Origin: an uncultured Clostridia bacterium
Lineage (GTDB): Bacteria; Bacillota; Clostridia; Christensenellales; UBA1242
Length of the DNA: 35,824 nt
Reading direction: 5' to 3'
Assembly: GCA_944361835.1 (NCBI GenBank)
Contig: CALVTI010000041.1
Coordinates: forward strand, 1-35,824
Shown here piece by piece: positions 24,910 through 33,067 of the stretch. The notes under the pieces are model-generated. The model saw nothing but the letters and a program-made list of their open reading frames with translations. It was not told where the DNA came from and did no database searches. A program made the translations under genes and the position numbers. Position 1 is the first letter of the stretch. The number at the start of each line of letters is the position of its first letter.

Positions 24910-26257
24910 ACTTGCCTCCCGAGAGCATAACAGCTCCGCCCTCATGCTCTTTATTGACCTCTTCAAGCTTTATACCTCGCTCGCGAGCAATAAGGCGGCA
25001 GACGTCTATAAGGCAATAGCCGCCCTGGCATTTGCCCATGCCAGCCCTGACTCTCCGCTTTATACCGTCCACAGTACATGGCTTTAGCGGACTATTTATC
25101 GCGCTGAGTATTTCGTTTTTGCCCACCTTTTCACATCGGCAGACTATCTCTCCTTTAACTTTAACTGCGTAGCCTTTTCGCCTTATCATCTTTTTTTCTT
25201 GGCCTCTTAGTCCTACCATTTCAGCCACCATCTCGGCGATGGCTGGAGCACTTGTTAGGCCTGGCGAGTTTATTCCGCAAATGTCGACGACCCTCTCCGC
25301 CTTTTTGTCCCACTCAATGACAAAGTCGTCTCCGCATGAGACCCTCACTCCGCTATATTCTCTTATAATTTTGTCAAAAGGCACATTGTCAAACATAGCC
25401 GTGATGCTACCTGAAATATTCTCAAGCCCGCCCATGGTCGTGGCCGTATCAAACTCTAAAATGTCCTCTGCGGTAGGACCTAAAAGTATATTCCCACTCG
25501 CCGTTGGCGTGGCTAAAATCCCCTTCCCGAGCTTGGTCGGCAAAGGAAAAACAGTGAGATTTACAAAGTCGCACTTGTCAAGAACGTAATATTCGCCTCG
25601 TCTAAACCTTATTTCTCGCTCCTCAGCCTTCAAAAGCCTAGCTATGTCGTTGTAGCCAGCGCCTGTGGCATTTATAACAACTTTACCTTCCACAACCCTC
25701 TTGTCGCTTGAGTATATTTTAAAACACCCTTTAGCTTTCTCAATTTTTTTTGTTGTAAAACCAAAGAGCGCTTGCCCGCCGTTTATAACAGCCTCTTCTG
25801 CAAGCGCTATGGTGAGCATATATGGAGAGACTAGGCCCGCAGTCTTTGCGTATAGCGCGCTCTTATACTCATGCCTTAGATTTGGCACAAGCTTCCAGAG
25901 TTTCTCTTCCCTTATTATGCTCAGCCCTTTAACTCCGTTTTTCTTACCACGAGCTAAGAGTTCTTTGAGTTTTTCCTCGTCATTTCCCACTACAAGCGCG
26001 CCTGTACGTTTAAATTTTATTCCAAGCTCCTGGCAAAGTTTTTCAAAAAGCTCATTTCCTCTCACGTTAAGCTTTGCTTTTAGCGTTCCAGTTTCGGCGT
26101 CAAAGCCTGCGTGCACAAGGCCGCTGTTTGCTTTGCTGGCTCCCGTGGCGACGTCAAGCTCCTTTTCAAGAAGCGCTACTTTTGCCCCAAGCCTTACAAA
26201 CTTATTGAAGATTGCCGCACCAACAACGCCCCCGCCAAAAATAACATAATCGTACAT
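24902..26257 (-). CDS. FAD-dependent glycerol-3-phosphate dehydrogenase/oxidase-like protein with a C-terminal BFD-like [2Fe-2S] domain
   Basis: DYVIFGGGVVGAAI dinucleotide fold, ATGASKANSGLVHAG, and the C-terminal CRCE...CTVDGIKRRVRAGMGKCQGGYC. The ATG at 26257 is preceded by GGAG. The GTG at 26269 lies inside the RBS. Confidence 0.8.
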   Translation of the reverse strand: MYDYVIFGGGVVGAAIFNKFVRLGAKVALLEKELDVATGASKANSGLVHAGFDAETGTLKAKLNVRGNELFEKLCQELGIKFKRTGALVVGNDEEKLKELLARGKKNGVKGLSIIREEKLWKLVPNLRHEYKSALYAKTAGLVSPYMLTIALAEEAVINGGQALFGFTTKKIEKAKGCFKIYSSDKRVVEGKVVINATGAGYNDIARLLKAEEREIRFRRGEYYVLDKCDFVNLTVFPLPTKLGKGILATPTASGNILLGPTAEDILEFDTATTMGGLENISGSITAMFDNVPFDKIIREYSGVRVSCGDDFVIEWDKKAERVVDICGINSPGLTSAPAIAEMVAEMVGLRGQEKKMIRRKGYAVKVKGEIVCRCEKVGKNEILSAINSPLKPCTVDGIKRRVRAGMGKCQGGYCLIDVCRLIARERGIKLEEVNKEHEGGAVMLSGGKYE

Positions 26258-26318
26258 ATTTTTCTCCACATTTATTATATCCCGAAAACGTTTAGGTACA
26301 AATTGTTTTTGATAGAGT

Positions 26319-26346
26319 TTGCATTTTTTCTAAAATGTGTTATCAT
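26319..26346 (+). promoter_or_regulatory. Putative promoter abutting the start of the HExxH protein gene
   Basis: TTGCAT (26319-26324), 16 nt, TATCAT (26341-26346) with an extended TG (gTGtTATCAT). The ATG at 26353 follows after 6 nt. Confidence 0.4.
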
Positions 26347-26352
26347 GTATAC

Positions 26353-27405
26353 ATGATAAAAGTTTATGTGGATAAAAGGACAGAGCTTCTTGGGGCTCTG
26401 CTTCGAAACAGTGATTATAGCCTCTACGCGCCTCACATTGTAGAAGACTATGTAGACCCTGACTACTTAAAGGTCGTAAACGACGAGTTTTCAAAATATA
26501 AAGATGAAAAAGTCTTCGACCTTTTAAACCGCCTGCTTGCCACATTTAAAGAGCGCTTTGCCAATGAAGCTCCTGTTGCACTTTTCCTACAAATGGACGA
26601 TAGCTATGGCTTTCACGGCCAAAATTCCTACCCCTTCACGACAAAACTCAAAAACTCTCCGCTTGCGCTCGAATTTATGTTTGAGGTGAAAAAATTTGCT
26701 AAAAAAATAAATTTTGATGATTTTTACGCAAAAAATCAAAAATATTTTAAAAGATATATAGATTTTTATTCAAATATTATAAATCCTAAATCGAAAGCTA
26801 TTCTGGACTACCTTGGAGAGACCTATCTTTTTAAACCAAAAGAAGAAGATTTTTGTTTTAATATAATGATGCTCCTGACACGCGACTGTTTTGGTTTCAA
26901 ATCAGGAGAAAAGAGTATATGTTGCGAAAGCATACTTCCCCATGCCGTTACAGGAGAAAAGCTTCCTAGCGACTATCCAAAAATTTTACTTTCTCGCATT
27001 GTTCACGAATTTAGCCACCCTATCGTAAATCCCCAAACTGACAACTGCGCAATAGACCGAGAGGATTATGCTGAGTTTTACAAAAACGCAATAGTGCTCT
27101 CCAGACAAAACTATACCTCAGTAAAGACTTATATAAACGAGAGCATCATAAGAGCTATCCAGACTTATTTTATAAAAGAAAAACTTGGCGAAGACATAGA
27201 AAAATATATTAAAGCACAAGAAGCAAAAGGTTTTGTAAAAACTAGAGATTTAATAAAAACTTTGGAAAAAAATAAAAATAGAGAATATTATAGTTTTGAA
27301 GATAAATATCTAGACCTGTTTGAGGCTTTAAAAACTAAAAAGCTCGAAGATGAAAAAGCTCCAAAAAATGAGAGAATGAAATATAACAAAATTCAATTTA
27401 AATAA
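26353..27405 (+). CDS. HExxH-motif protein, possibly DUF4932-like putative metallopeptidase, without a signal peptide
   Basis: HEFSH motif (IVHEFSHPIVNP). The overall layout resembles DUF4932 as I remember it, which is unverified. The start is ambiguous between 26335 and 26353, and I prefer 26353 because 26335 lies inside the predicted promoter spacer. Confidence 0.6.
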   Translation: MIKVYVDKRTELLGALLRNSDYSLYAPHIVEDYVDPDYLKVVNDEFSKYKDEKVFDLLNRLLATFKERFANEAPVALFLQMDDSYGFHGQNSYPFTTKLKNSPLALEFMFEVKKFAKKINFDDFYAKNQKYFKRYIDFYSNIINPKSKAILDYLGETYLFKPKEEDFCFNIMMLLTRDCFGFKSGEKSICCESILPHAVTGEKLPSDYPKILLSRIVHEFSHPIVNPQTDNCAIDREDYAEFYKNAIVLSRQNYTSVKTYINESIIRAIQTYFIKEKLGEDIEKYIKAQEAKGFVKTRDLIKTLEKNKNREYYSFEDKYLDLFEALKTKKLEDEKAPKNERMKYNKIQFK

Positions 27406-27433
27406 AAAATTGCGAATTAATTTCGCAATTTTT
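27405..27433. terminator. Bidirectional hairpin terminator between the HExxH gene and cysS
   Basis: aaaaattgcgaa (27405-27416), loop ttaat, ttcgcaattttt (27422-27433) form a perfect 12-bp stem with A-run and T-run arms. It spans from one stop codon to the other. Confidence 0.65.
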
Positions 27434-28838
27434 ATTTTTTTATTTCAAATTCTGTGCCATTTGGCGTGTCTTTGAGATATACTCCTTTGCCTTGAAGCTC
27501 GGCTCTTATTTCGTCAGCTTCGGCATAGCGCTTTTCTCTTTTCGCCTCAAGACGCTTATTTATCATTTGGTTTATATACTTTAAAAACTCCTCATCTACC
27601 TCAGCCTTTTCTTCCTTCAATAGGTCAAGCCCCAACACCTCATCAAACTTTTTGACAAGCTCGAGTTTTGTCTTGGCGCTCATATCTTCTTTCAGTGCGT
27701 CATAGAGCGTAGTGAGTGCAAGGCTGGTGTTTAAATCATTTGAAAGAGCGGATTTAAATTTTTCAAGGAAAATATTATATTTTTGCTCATCAAATTCGCC
27801 TTTTTCTTGAGAATTTAATGCTTTTACACGATTTTTAAGTTTTTGATATGCGCTCTGTGCCATATCCAAACCCTCGTAGCTAAACACAAGCTGGTTACGA
27901 TAGTGTGACTGCAAGCAAAAGAGTCTGTAGCTGAGAGACTGATAGCCCTTGCTTTCAAGTAGCGCAACAGTCAAAAACTCTCCTGAGCTCTTGCTCATCT
28001 TGCCGCTTGAGACATTTAGGTGCTCACCATGCACCCAGTAGTTGCACCACTTGTGTCCTAGATAGGCTTCGCTTTGAGCAATCTCATTTGTATGATGCGG
28101 GAATTTATTGTCCACTCCACCACAGTGAATGTCGAGGTATTCACCAAGGTATTTTAGGCTTATACCTGAGCATTCAATATGCCAACCTGGATACCCCACC
28201 CCCCATGGGCTATCCCACTTGAGCTCTTGGCTATCAAACTTGGACTTTGTAAACCAAAGCACGAAGTCATTTGGATTTCTCTTCTCTTTGTCCTCCTCAA
28301 CGGTCTCCCTGACACCTACTTTCAAATTTTCAGCTTGATGATTTGTGAAGACATTGTATTCCTTGAGTTTTGTGACGTCAAAATATATATTGCCTCCAGC
28401 CCCATATGCATAACCCTTTTCAAGAAGAACCTTTATAATCTCTATATACTCTTGAATGCACGAAGTGGCCTTTACAACAATCTTTGGCCAAGCTATGTTG
28501 AGCTTTTCACAATCCTTTTTAAACTCCTGAGTATAAAACTCGGCTATCTCAAGGACAGACTTATGCTCACGTTTGGCACCCAAAAGCATCTTGTCCTCGC
28601 CAGTGTCGCCATCGCTTGTAAGATGCCCGACGTCGGTGATGTTCATAGCCCTAGTGACCTTGTAGCCAAGAAGCTCAAGCGTCTTTTCAAGTACGTCCTC
28701 CATGATATAAGTCCTGAGGTTTCCAATGTGCGCAAAATGATAAACCGTAGGGCCACAGGTGTACATCTTGACCTCACCCTCGACGCGCGGAACAAACTCT
28801 TCTATCTTTCTAGTCGCAGAATTATAAATTTTTAACAT
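27432..28838 (-). CDS. cysS: Cysteine--tRNA ligase
   Basis: Class I motifs HIGN (HFAHIGNLRTY) and KMSKS (GKMSKSSG), plus the Zn-binding CGGVDN/FPHH region. Confidence 0.95.
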   Translation of the reverse strand: MLKIYNSATRKIEEFVPRVEGEVKMYTCGPTVYHFAHIGNLRTYIMEDVLEKTLELLGYKVTRAMNITDVGHLTSDGDTGEDKMLLGAKREHKSVLEIAEFYTQEFKKDCEKLNIAWPKIVVKATSCIQEYIEIIKVLLEKGYAYGAGGNIYFDVTKLKEYNVFTNHQAENLKVGVRETVEEDKEKRNPNDFVLWFTKSKFDSQELKWDSPWGVGYPGWHIECSGISLKYLGEYLDIHCGGVDNKFPHHTNEIAQSEAYLGHKWCNYWVHGEHLNVSSGKMSKSSGEFLTVALLESKGYQSLSYRLFCLQSHYRNQLVFSYEGLDMAQSAYQKLKNRVKALNSQEKGEFDEQKYNIFLEKFKSALSNDLNTSLALTTLYDALKEDMSAKTKLELVKKFDEVLGLDLLKEEKAEVDEEFLKYINQMINKRLEAKREKRYAEADEIRAELQGKGVYLKDTPNGTEFEIKK

Positions 28839-28855
28839 AAAAATTCCTTTTAAAT

Positions 28856-28885
28856 ATTATATATTTCAATGCTTTATTTTGTCAA
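28856..28885 (-). promoter_or_regulatory. Putative promoter of cysS
   Basis: The minus strand reads TTGACA (28885-28880), 18 nt, TATAAT (28861-28856), leaving only about 15 nt of leader including an AAGGA RBS. Confidence 0.55.
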
Positions 28886-28943
28886 CCTAAAGCTCATGTA
28901 ATATTTTTTGAAAAAACAAGAAAAATAGAGCTAGGAGCAAAAT

Positions 28944-29759
28944 ATGGCAAAGAGCTTTAAGTCGGCTATAGCCTTTGGGCTTGTGTATATACCTGTAGAT
29001 TTATATTCCTGCGTCAAGAGTAAGGACATAGGTTTTAATATGCTCTACAAAAAGACAGGCGAACGCATTCATTACAAAAAGACCTGTCAAGGCTGTCCAG
29101 CGCTCATAAACAACGAGGATATAATAAAAGGCTATCAGTATGAAAAGGGCAAATATGTGACGCTTAGCCAAGCTGAGCTTGAAAAAATTAAGACTGAGAA
29201 AGAAAAGAGCATAACCATAGACTGCTTTGTAAACCTCAAAGAGATAGACCCTATATATTTTGAAAAGAGCTACTATCTCGTACCTCAAGGCGCCGAAAAA
29301 GCCTTTGCGCTTCTTTTAAAAGCTCTTGAGAGCCAAAAGAAGGTCGGCATAGCCAAGACAGTTCTTGGAGAAAAAGAAAACGTTGTCGCTTTGAGAAGTG
29401 AAAACGGAAACCTTCTTCTTTCGACACTACACTTTTATGATGAAATACAAGAGTGTCCCGCTAAAAATATAGATATAAAAATCGACAAAACTGAGCTAGA
29501 CCTTGCGCAAAAGATTATTGAGAATATGTCTAAAAAGTTTGTCCCGTCCGCATATAAAGACGAGTATAGAGAGAGGCTCATGAGCGCGATAGAAACAAAA
29601 ATAAACGGAAAGAAAATTGTTGGCGAAAAAACCCAAGCCAAGCCTTCTAATGTATTAAACCTTTTAGACGCACTTAAAAAATCTGTAAAACAAACTCAAA
29701 CAAATAAAAATAAGAAAAAATCTAAACAAAAAATAGTAAAAATGCAAAAAAGAGCTTAA
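28944..29759 (+). CDS. ku: Ku protein (bacterial non-homologous end-joining DNA-end-binding protein)
   Basis: N-terminal SAIAFGLVYIPVDLYS and KGYQYEKGKYVTL motifs with a basic Lys-rich C-terminal tail. AGGAG RBS. Confidence 0.85.
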   Translation: MAKSFKSAIAFGLVYIPVDLYSCVKSKDIGFNMLYKKTGERIHYKKTCQGCPALINNEDIIKGYQYEKGKYVTLSQAELEKIKTEKEKSITIDCFVNLKEIDPIYFEKSYYLVPQGAEKAFALLLKALESQKKVGIAKTVLGEKENVVALRSENGNLLLSTLHFYDEIQECPAKNIDIKIDKTELDLAQKIIENMSKKFVPSAYKDEYRERLMSAIETKINGKKIVGEKTQAKPSNVLNLLDALKKSVKQTQTNKNKKKSKQKIVKMQKRA

Positions 29760-29775
29760 AAATTATATTTTTTAA

Positions 29776-30822
29776 TTATTTTACTAAATTAAACGACCTT
29801 TCTACTACATCTTGAATAGCAGAAGCATTTATGCAAAAAGGAAGCTCTTTATTGTTTTTATATTTATTTAAAAAATCTACTACATTATCCACATTTCCAC
29901 TTAAAAAAGCGTTTTTAAATTCATTTTCTAATTTGTTTTTTGGTTTAAAATAGCTAAATATTTCTTTTATTTCCTCACAATTTAATTCTTCAGCTACTCT
30001 TTCTTTTATATCTCCTCCTGACATAAGGTATCTCACGTCGGCACAGAGACAGACTATCAAAATAGAACCTACGTCAAAAATCCTATCGTCATCATCATAC
30101 ATTTCCTTTGCAAGTTTCATAAAGCTTCTGTAAGCTGGTTTGCTTTGTTCAAATATAGAATTTCGCATAAGAAGCGCCATAGTTGAGGTCGCGCTTTGCA
30201 TATAGTAGTAGTTGTAGACAATGGAGGAGATAAACCTAAATTTATGGCAGTCTTTCAAGACTTTTAGGTAAAAAAGGTTATGGTCCCAAAGATGAACGCC
30301 TATCTCATAATTAGCAGTCGTCTTCTCTCTCAAGATGAGCCCCTTTGACAAAAACTCACCGCCGTCAACATATTCTAAAAACGCCCTCAAGCCTTCTGGA
30401 GTCGTGACGTCATGCACGCCCTCTTTAGGAGCATAAACTATCCTCTTCCCATCTGGGAATATTTGGACTGTCGCCCCAAACACAGCCTCTACACCATCAG
30501 TAAAGCCCTCTAGGAGCCTTTCAATTGTGTCGAGGGGCAAGTCGTCGTCTCCGTCCATAATCATTAAATATTTACCTGTAGCATTTTGCATGCCAAGATT
30601 TATGGCCTTTTGTTTGTTTGCGCTGTTTGAAACTACATATTTTACTCTCTTGTCCTTTGCCTCATACTCTTTTATTATATCAACGGTCTTATCAGTAGAG
30701 CCGTCATCTACAGCTAAGATTTCGAGATAGGGATAGGTCTGGTTTACAAGCGAGTCGAGACACCTCCTCATAAATCTATCTAAATCTCTTGATGTAAAAA
30801 TTATGGAAACAACATCATTCAT
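29776..30822 (-). CDS. Family 2 glycosyltransferase
   Basis: GT-A motifs VSIIFTS...LDSLVNQTY, AVDDGSTD and the DxD motif (MDGDDD). The second ATG (30822) has better spacing from GAGAGG than the ATG at 30828. Confidence 0.8.
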   Translation of the reverse strand: MNDVVSIIFTSRDLDRFMRRCLDSLVNQTYPYLEILAVDDGSTDKTVDIIKEYEAKDKRVKYVVSNSANKQKAINLGMQNATGKYLMIMDGDDDLPLDTIERLLEGFTDGVEAVFGATVQIFPDGKRIVYAPKEGVHDVTTPEGLRAFLEYVDGGEFLSKGLILREKTTANYEIGVHLWDHNLFYLKVLKDCHKFRFISSIVYNYYYMQSATSTMALLMRNSIFEQSKPAYRSFMKLAKEMYDDDDRIFDVGSILIVCLCADVRYLMSGGDIKERVAEELNCEEIKEIFSYFKPKNKLENEFKNAFLSGNVDNVVDFLNKYKNNKELPFCINASAIQDVVERSFNLVK

Positions 30823-30851
30823 ATTCATCCTCTCACTTTAATAACACCATG

Positions 30852-30880
30852 ATTATACACAAATTTGGAGCCCGAGGCAA
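30852..30880 (-). promoter_or_regulatory. Putative promoter of the GT2 gene
   Basis: The minus strand reads TTGCCT (30880-30875), 17 nt, TATAAT (30857-30852). Confidence 0.5.
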
Positions 30881-30921
30881 ACATGAGGTTTTAAAAATTT
30901 AAAAGAGCTAGCGAAAGAAGT

Positions 30922-30950
30922 TTGGGTTCTTGGGCAAAATTAGGTATAAT
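30922..30950 (+). promoter_or_regulatory. Putative promoter of the enoate-reductase-like gene
   Basis: TTGGGT (30922-30927), 17 nt, TATAAT (30945-30950), followed by an AGGAGG RBS and the ATG at 30967. Confidence 0.5.
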
Positions 30951-30966
30951 AATTTTAGGAGGGGTT

Positions 30967-33018
30967 ATGGATAAAAAGTTTGAACCGCTATTTACGCCTT
31001 GGAAGATAGGCAATGTCGAAATAAAAAACAGAATTGTGCTCTGCCCTATGGGCGGAACGTCAATATTTGGCTGGATGGAGCCTCATCACTTTGACAAAGA
31101 TGCAGCAGATTTCTTTATGAATCTCGCTAAAAATAATGTAGGGCTTATCATTCCAGGCATTGCGCCTCTTAGAAACTTGATTGGAGGCCAGTGGCTATAT
31201 AAAAGTAAGAAGAGCTTTAAAAAATTAAAAGAGTATATGGAGGAGTTCCACAAGACTGGGGCTAAGATGTTTATTCAGTTGACAGCTGGCTTTGGTCGTT
31301 CGTTTTCAATTCCAAACGCGCTCGTACCTCTTTTAAAACACAAATTTTTGGGCGCGCTTTTAAAACCAGTTTTTAATGTGTCATACCTTTGCGCTTCACC
31401 TAGCAAGCTCCCATCTCGCTGGGCTGAGGGCGTAGAGTGTCGAGCACTTAAGGTGAGCGAGATAGAAAAGATGATCGACGCCTTTGCAAGGACTGCAAAG
31501 ATGTGTAAAGACGCGGGCGTGGACGGTGTGGAAATTCACGCTGTGCATGAGGGCTATTTGCTCGACCAGTTTACTACAGAGTATACAAACTTCCGTACTG
31601 ACGAGTATGGCGGAAGCTTTGAAAATAGGTTTCGTTTTCCTGTGGCCATAGTCAAGGCTATAAAGGCCGTGTGCGGAGAAGACTATCCTGTTTCACTTAG
31701 ATATTCTGTCGTGAGCAAAACTAAGGGCTTCTGCGAAGGCGCTATCCCTGGCGAAAAATATACTGAGGTCGGCAGAGATATGAAAGAAAGCGAAAAAGCT
31801 GCAAAGTATTTACAAGATGCTGGTTACGACATGCTCGACGCCGACAATGGCACCTATGACGCTTGGTATTGGGCTCACCCGCCTATGTACATGCCTAAAA
31901 ACTGCAATCTTGAAGATGTAGCTCACATAAGAAAGTTTGTAGACATTCCTGTCATATGCGCAGGAAGAATGGAGCCTGACACTGCAGCAAAGGCCATTAA
32001 AGAAGGAAAAATCGACGCAATGGGTGTGGCTAGACAATTCCTTGTAGACGGAGAATGGGTAACCAAACTCATGGAAGACAGGCTAGAGGACATAATGCCA
32101 TGCATATGCTGTCACAACGGGTGTTTTGCCGTATCCCACTATAAAGGGGTGGCTAATGCAGGCGCTATGGAAGACACAAAGCACATGTCAAGATGCGCCA
32201 TAAACCCAATGACCATGGACGGAGGAAAATACGACATCTTCCCTGCCAAGAAGAAAAAGACTGTAGCCATTGTTGGAGGTGGCGTGGGTGGCATGGAAGT
32301 AGCCCGCATCGCCACAATTCGTGGGCACAAAGCCACAATTTACGAAAAGACAGACAGGCTTGGAGGCGTGTTTATTCCAGCGGCCGCGTTTGACTTTAAA
32401 GAAAAAGATAAAGCACTCATTGAATGGTATAGAAAACAAATAAAAGATTTAAACATCGAAGTAAAATACAACACAGAAATTACCGACATCTCTACACTAG
32501 ATGCTGACGAAATAGTCATCGCGACAGGCTCAAAGGCTAAAAAACTTAACCTTCCTGGAATAGAGCGGGCAGTTGAGGCTATCGACTACCTGAGCGGAAG
32601 AGAAGTTGGAGAAAATGTCGTCGTGATTGGCGGAGGTTTGAGCGGGTGCGAAATAGCCTACGACCTTGAGCTCAAAGGCAAGAAACCTGTCATAGTCGAA
32701 GCCAAACAAGATCTCATGGTAGCAAACAACCTTTGCCTTGCAAACTCTTCATACCTGAGAGACTATTTTAAATATAAAAAAGTTCCTGTATATCTTGAAA
32801 GCACTGTCAAAGAGATTGGAAAAGACTTTGTGATAATAAAAGGCAAAGACGGAGCAGAAACCAAAGTCAAAGCTGATGACGTCATTGTTTCGATTGGGTA
32901 CAATCCAAACCCTCTTGCAAAAGAAAAGCGTCATGTCCATATCGTGGGCGACGCCAAAGAGGTAGGAAATTTAAGAACAGTTGTTTGGAGAGCTTGGGAA
33001 GTCGCAGAAAAAATATAA
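30967..33018 (+). CDS. OYE-type FMN oxidoreductase fused to an FAD/NAD(P)-binding domain (2-enoate reductase / 2,4-dienoyl-CoA reductase family)
   Basis: OYE motifs (IVLCPMGG, HAVHEGYLLDQF), a Cys cluster CICCHNGC...C for a 4Fe-4S centre, and two Rossmann motifs (VAIVGGGVGGME, VVVIGGGLSGCE). The ATG at 30967 has AGGAGG upstream. Confidence 0.8.
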   Translation: MDKKFEPLFTPWKIGNVEIKNRIVLCPMGGTSIFGWMEPHHFDKDAADFFMNLAKNNVGLIIPGIAPLRNLIGGQWLYKSKKSFKKLKEYMEEFHKTGAKMFIQLTAGFGRSFSIPNALVPLLKHKFLGALLKPVFNVSYLCASPSKLPSRWAEGVECRALKVSEIEKMIDAFARTAKMCKDAGVDGVEIHAVHEGYLLDQFTTEYTNFRTDEYGGSFENRFRFPVAIVKAIKAVCGEDYPVSLRYSVVSKTKGFCEGAIPGEKYTEVGRDMKESEKAAKYLQDAGYDMLDADNGTYDAWYWAHPPMYMPKNCNLEDVAHIRKFVDIPVICAGRMEPDTAAKAIKEGKIDAMGVARQFLVDGEWVTKLMEDRLEDIMPCICCHNGCFAVSHYKGVANAGAMEDTKHMSRCAINPMTMDGGKYDIFPAKKKKTVAIVGGGVGGMEVARIATIRGHKATIYEKTDRLGGVFIPAAAFDFKEKDKALIEWYRKQIKDLNIEVKYNTEITDISTLDADEIVIATGSKAKKLNLPGIERAVEAIDYLSGREVGENVVVIGGGLSGCEIAYDLELKGKKPVIVEAKQDLMVANNLCLANSSYLRDYFKYKKVPVYLESTVKEIGKDFVIIKGKDGAETKVKADDVIVSIGYNPNPLAKEKRHVHIVGDAKEVGNLRTVVWRAWEVAEKI

Positions 33019-33028
33019 TTAAAAAAAT

Positions 33029-33056
33029 AAAAAGGCGAAAAGCCTTTTTTATTTTT
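33029..33056. terminator. Weak hairpin terminator between convergent genes
   Basis: aaaaaggc (33029-33036), loop gaaaa, gccttttt (42-49) form an 8-bp stem with only 3 GC pairs, followed by a T-rich run. Confidence 0.4.
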
Positions 33057-33067
33057 ATTTAATATTT

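Noticed and set aside
24910-24966. 19-aa N-terminal extension of the NAD(P)/FAD oxidoreductase ORF
   Set aside because: It overlaps the upstream gene by 65 nt. The internal ATG at 24909 has a GGGAGG RBS and immediately precedes the Rossmann GGGPSG motif.
25665-26249. 194-aa ORF on the plus strand
   Set aside because: It is antisense to the GlpA-like gene. Its Ser/Phe/Pro/Leu-rich low-complexity translation is typical of the reverse frame of a real gene.
28179-28835. 218-aa ORF on the plus strand
   Set aside because: It lies entirely inside cysS on the opposite strand. cysS carries unambiguous HIGN/KMSKS motifs, and this shadow ORF has no RBS or motif support.
30849-30902. 17-codon ORF (MIIHKFGARGKHEVLKI) in the GT2/enoate-reductase spacer
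   Set aside because: It has no RBS, overlaps the GT2 promoter on the other strand, and is of a length expected by chance.
30922-30966. TTG-initiated 15-aa N-terminal extension of the enoate-reductase-like ORF
   Set aside because: The extension coincides with a TTGGGT-17-TATAAT promoter and the AGGAGG RBS that serves the ATG at 30967.
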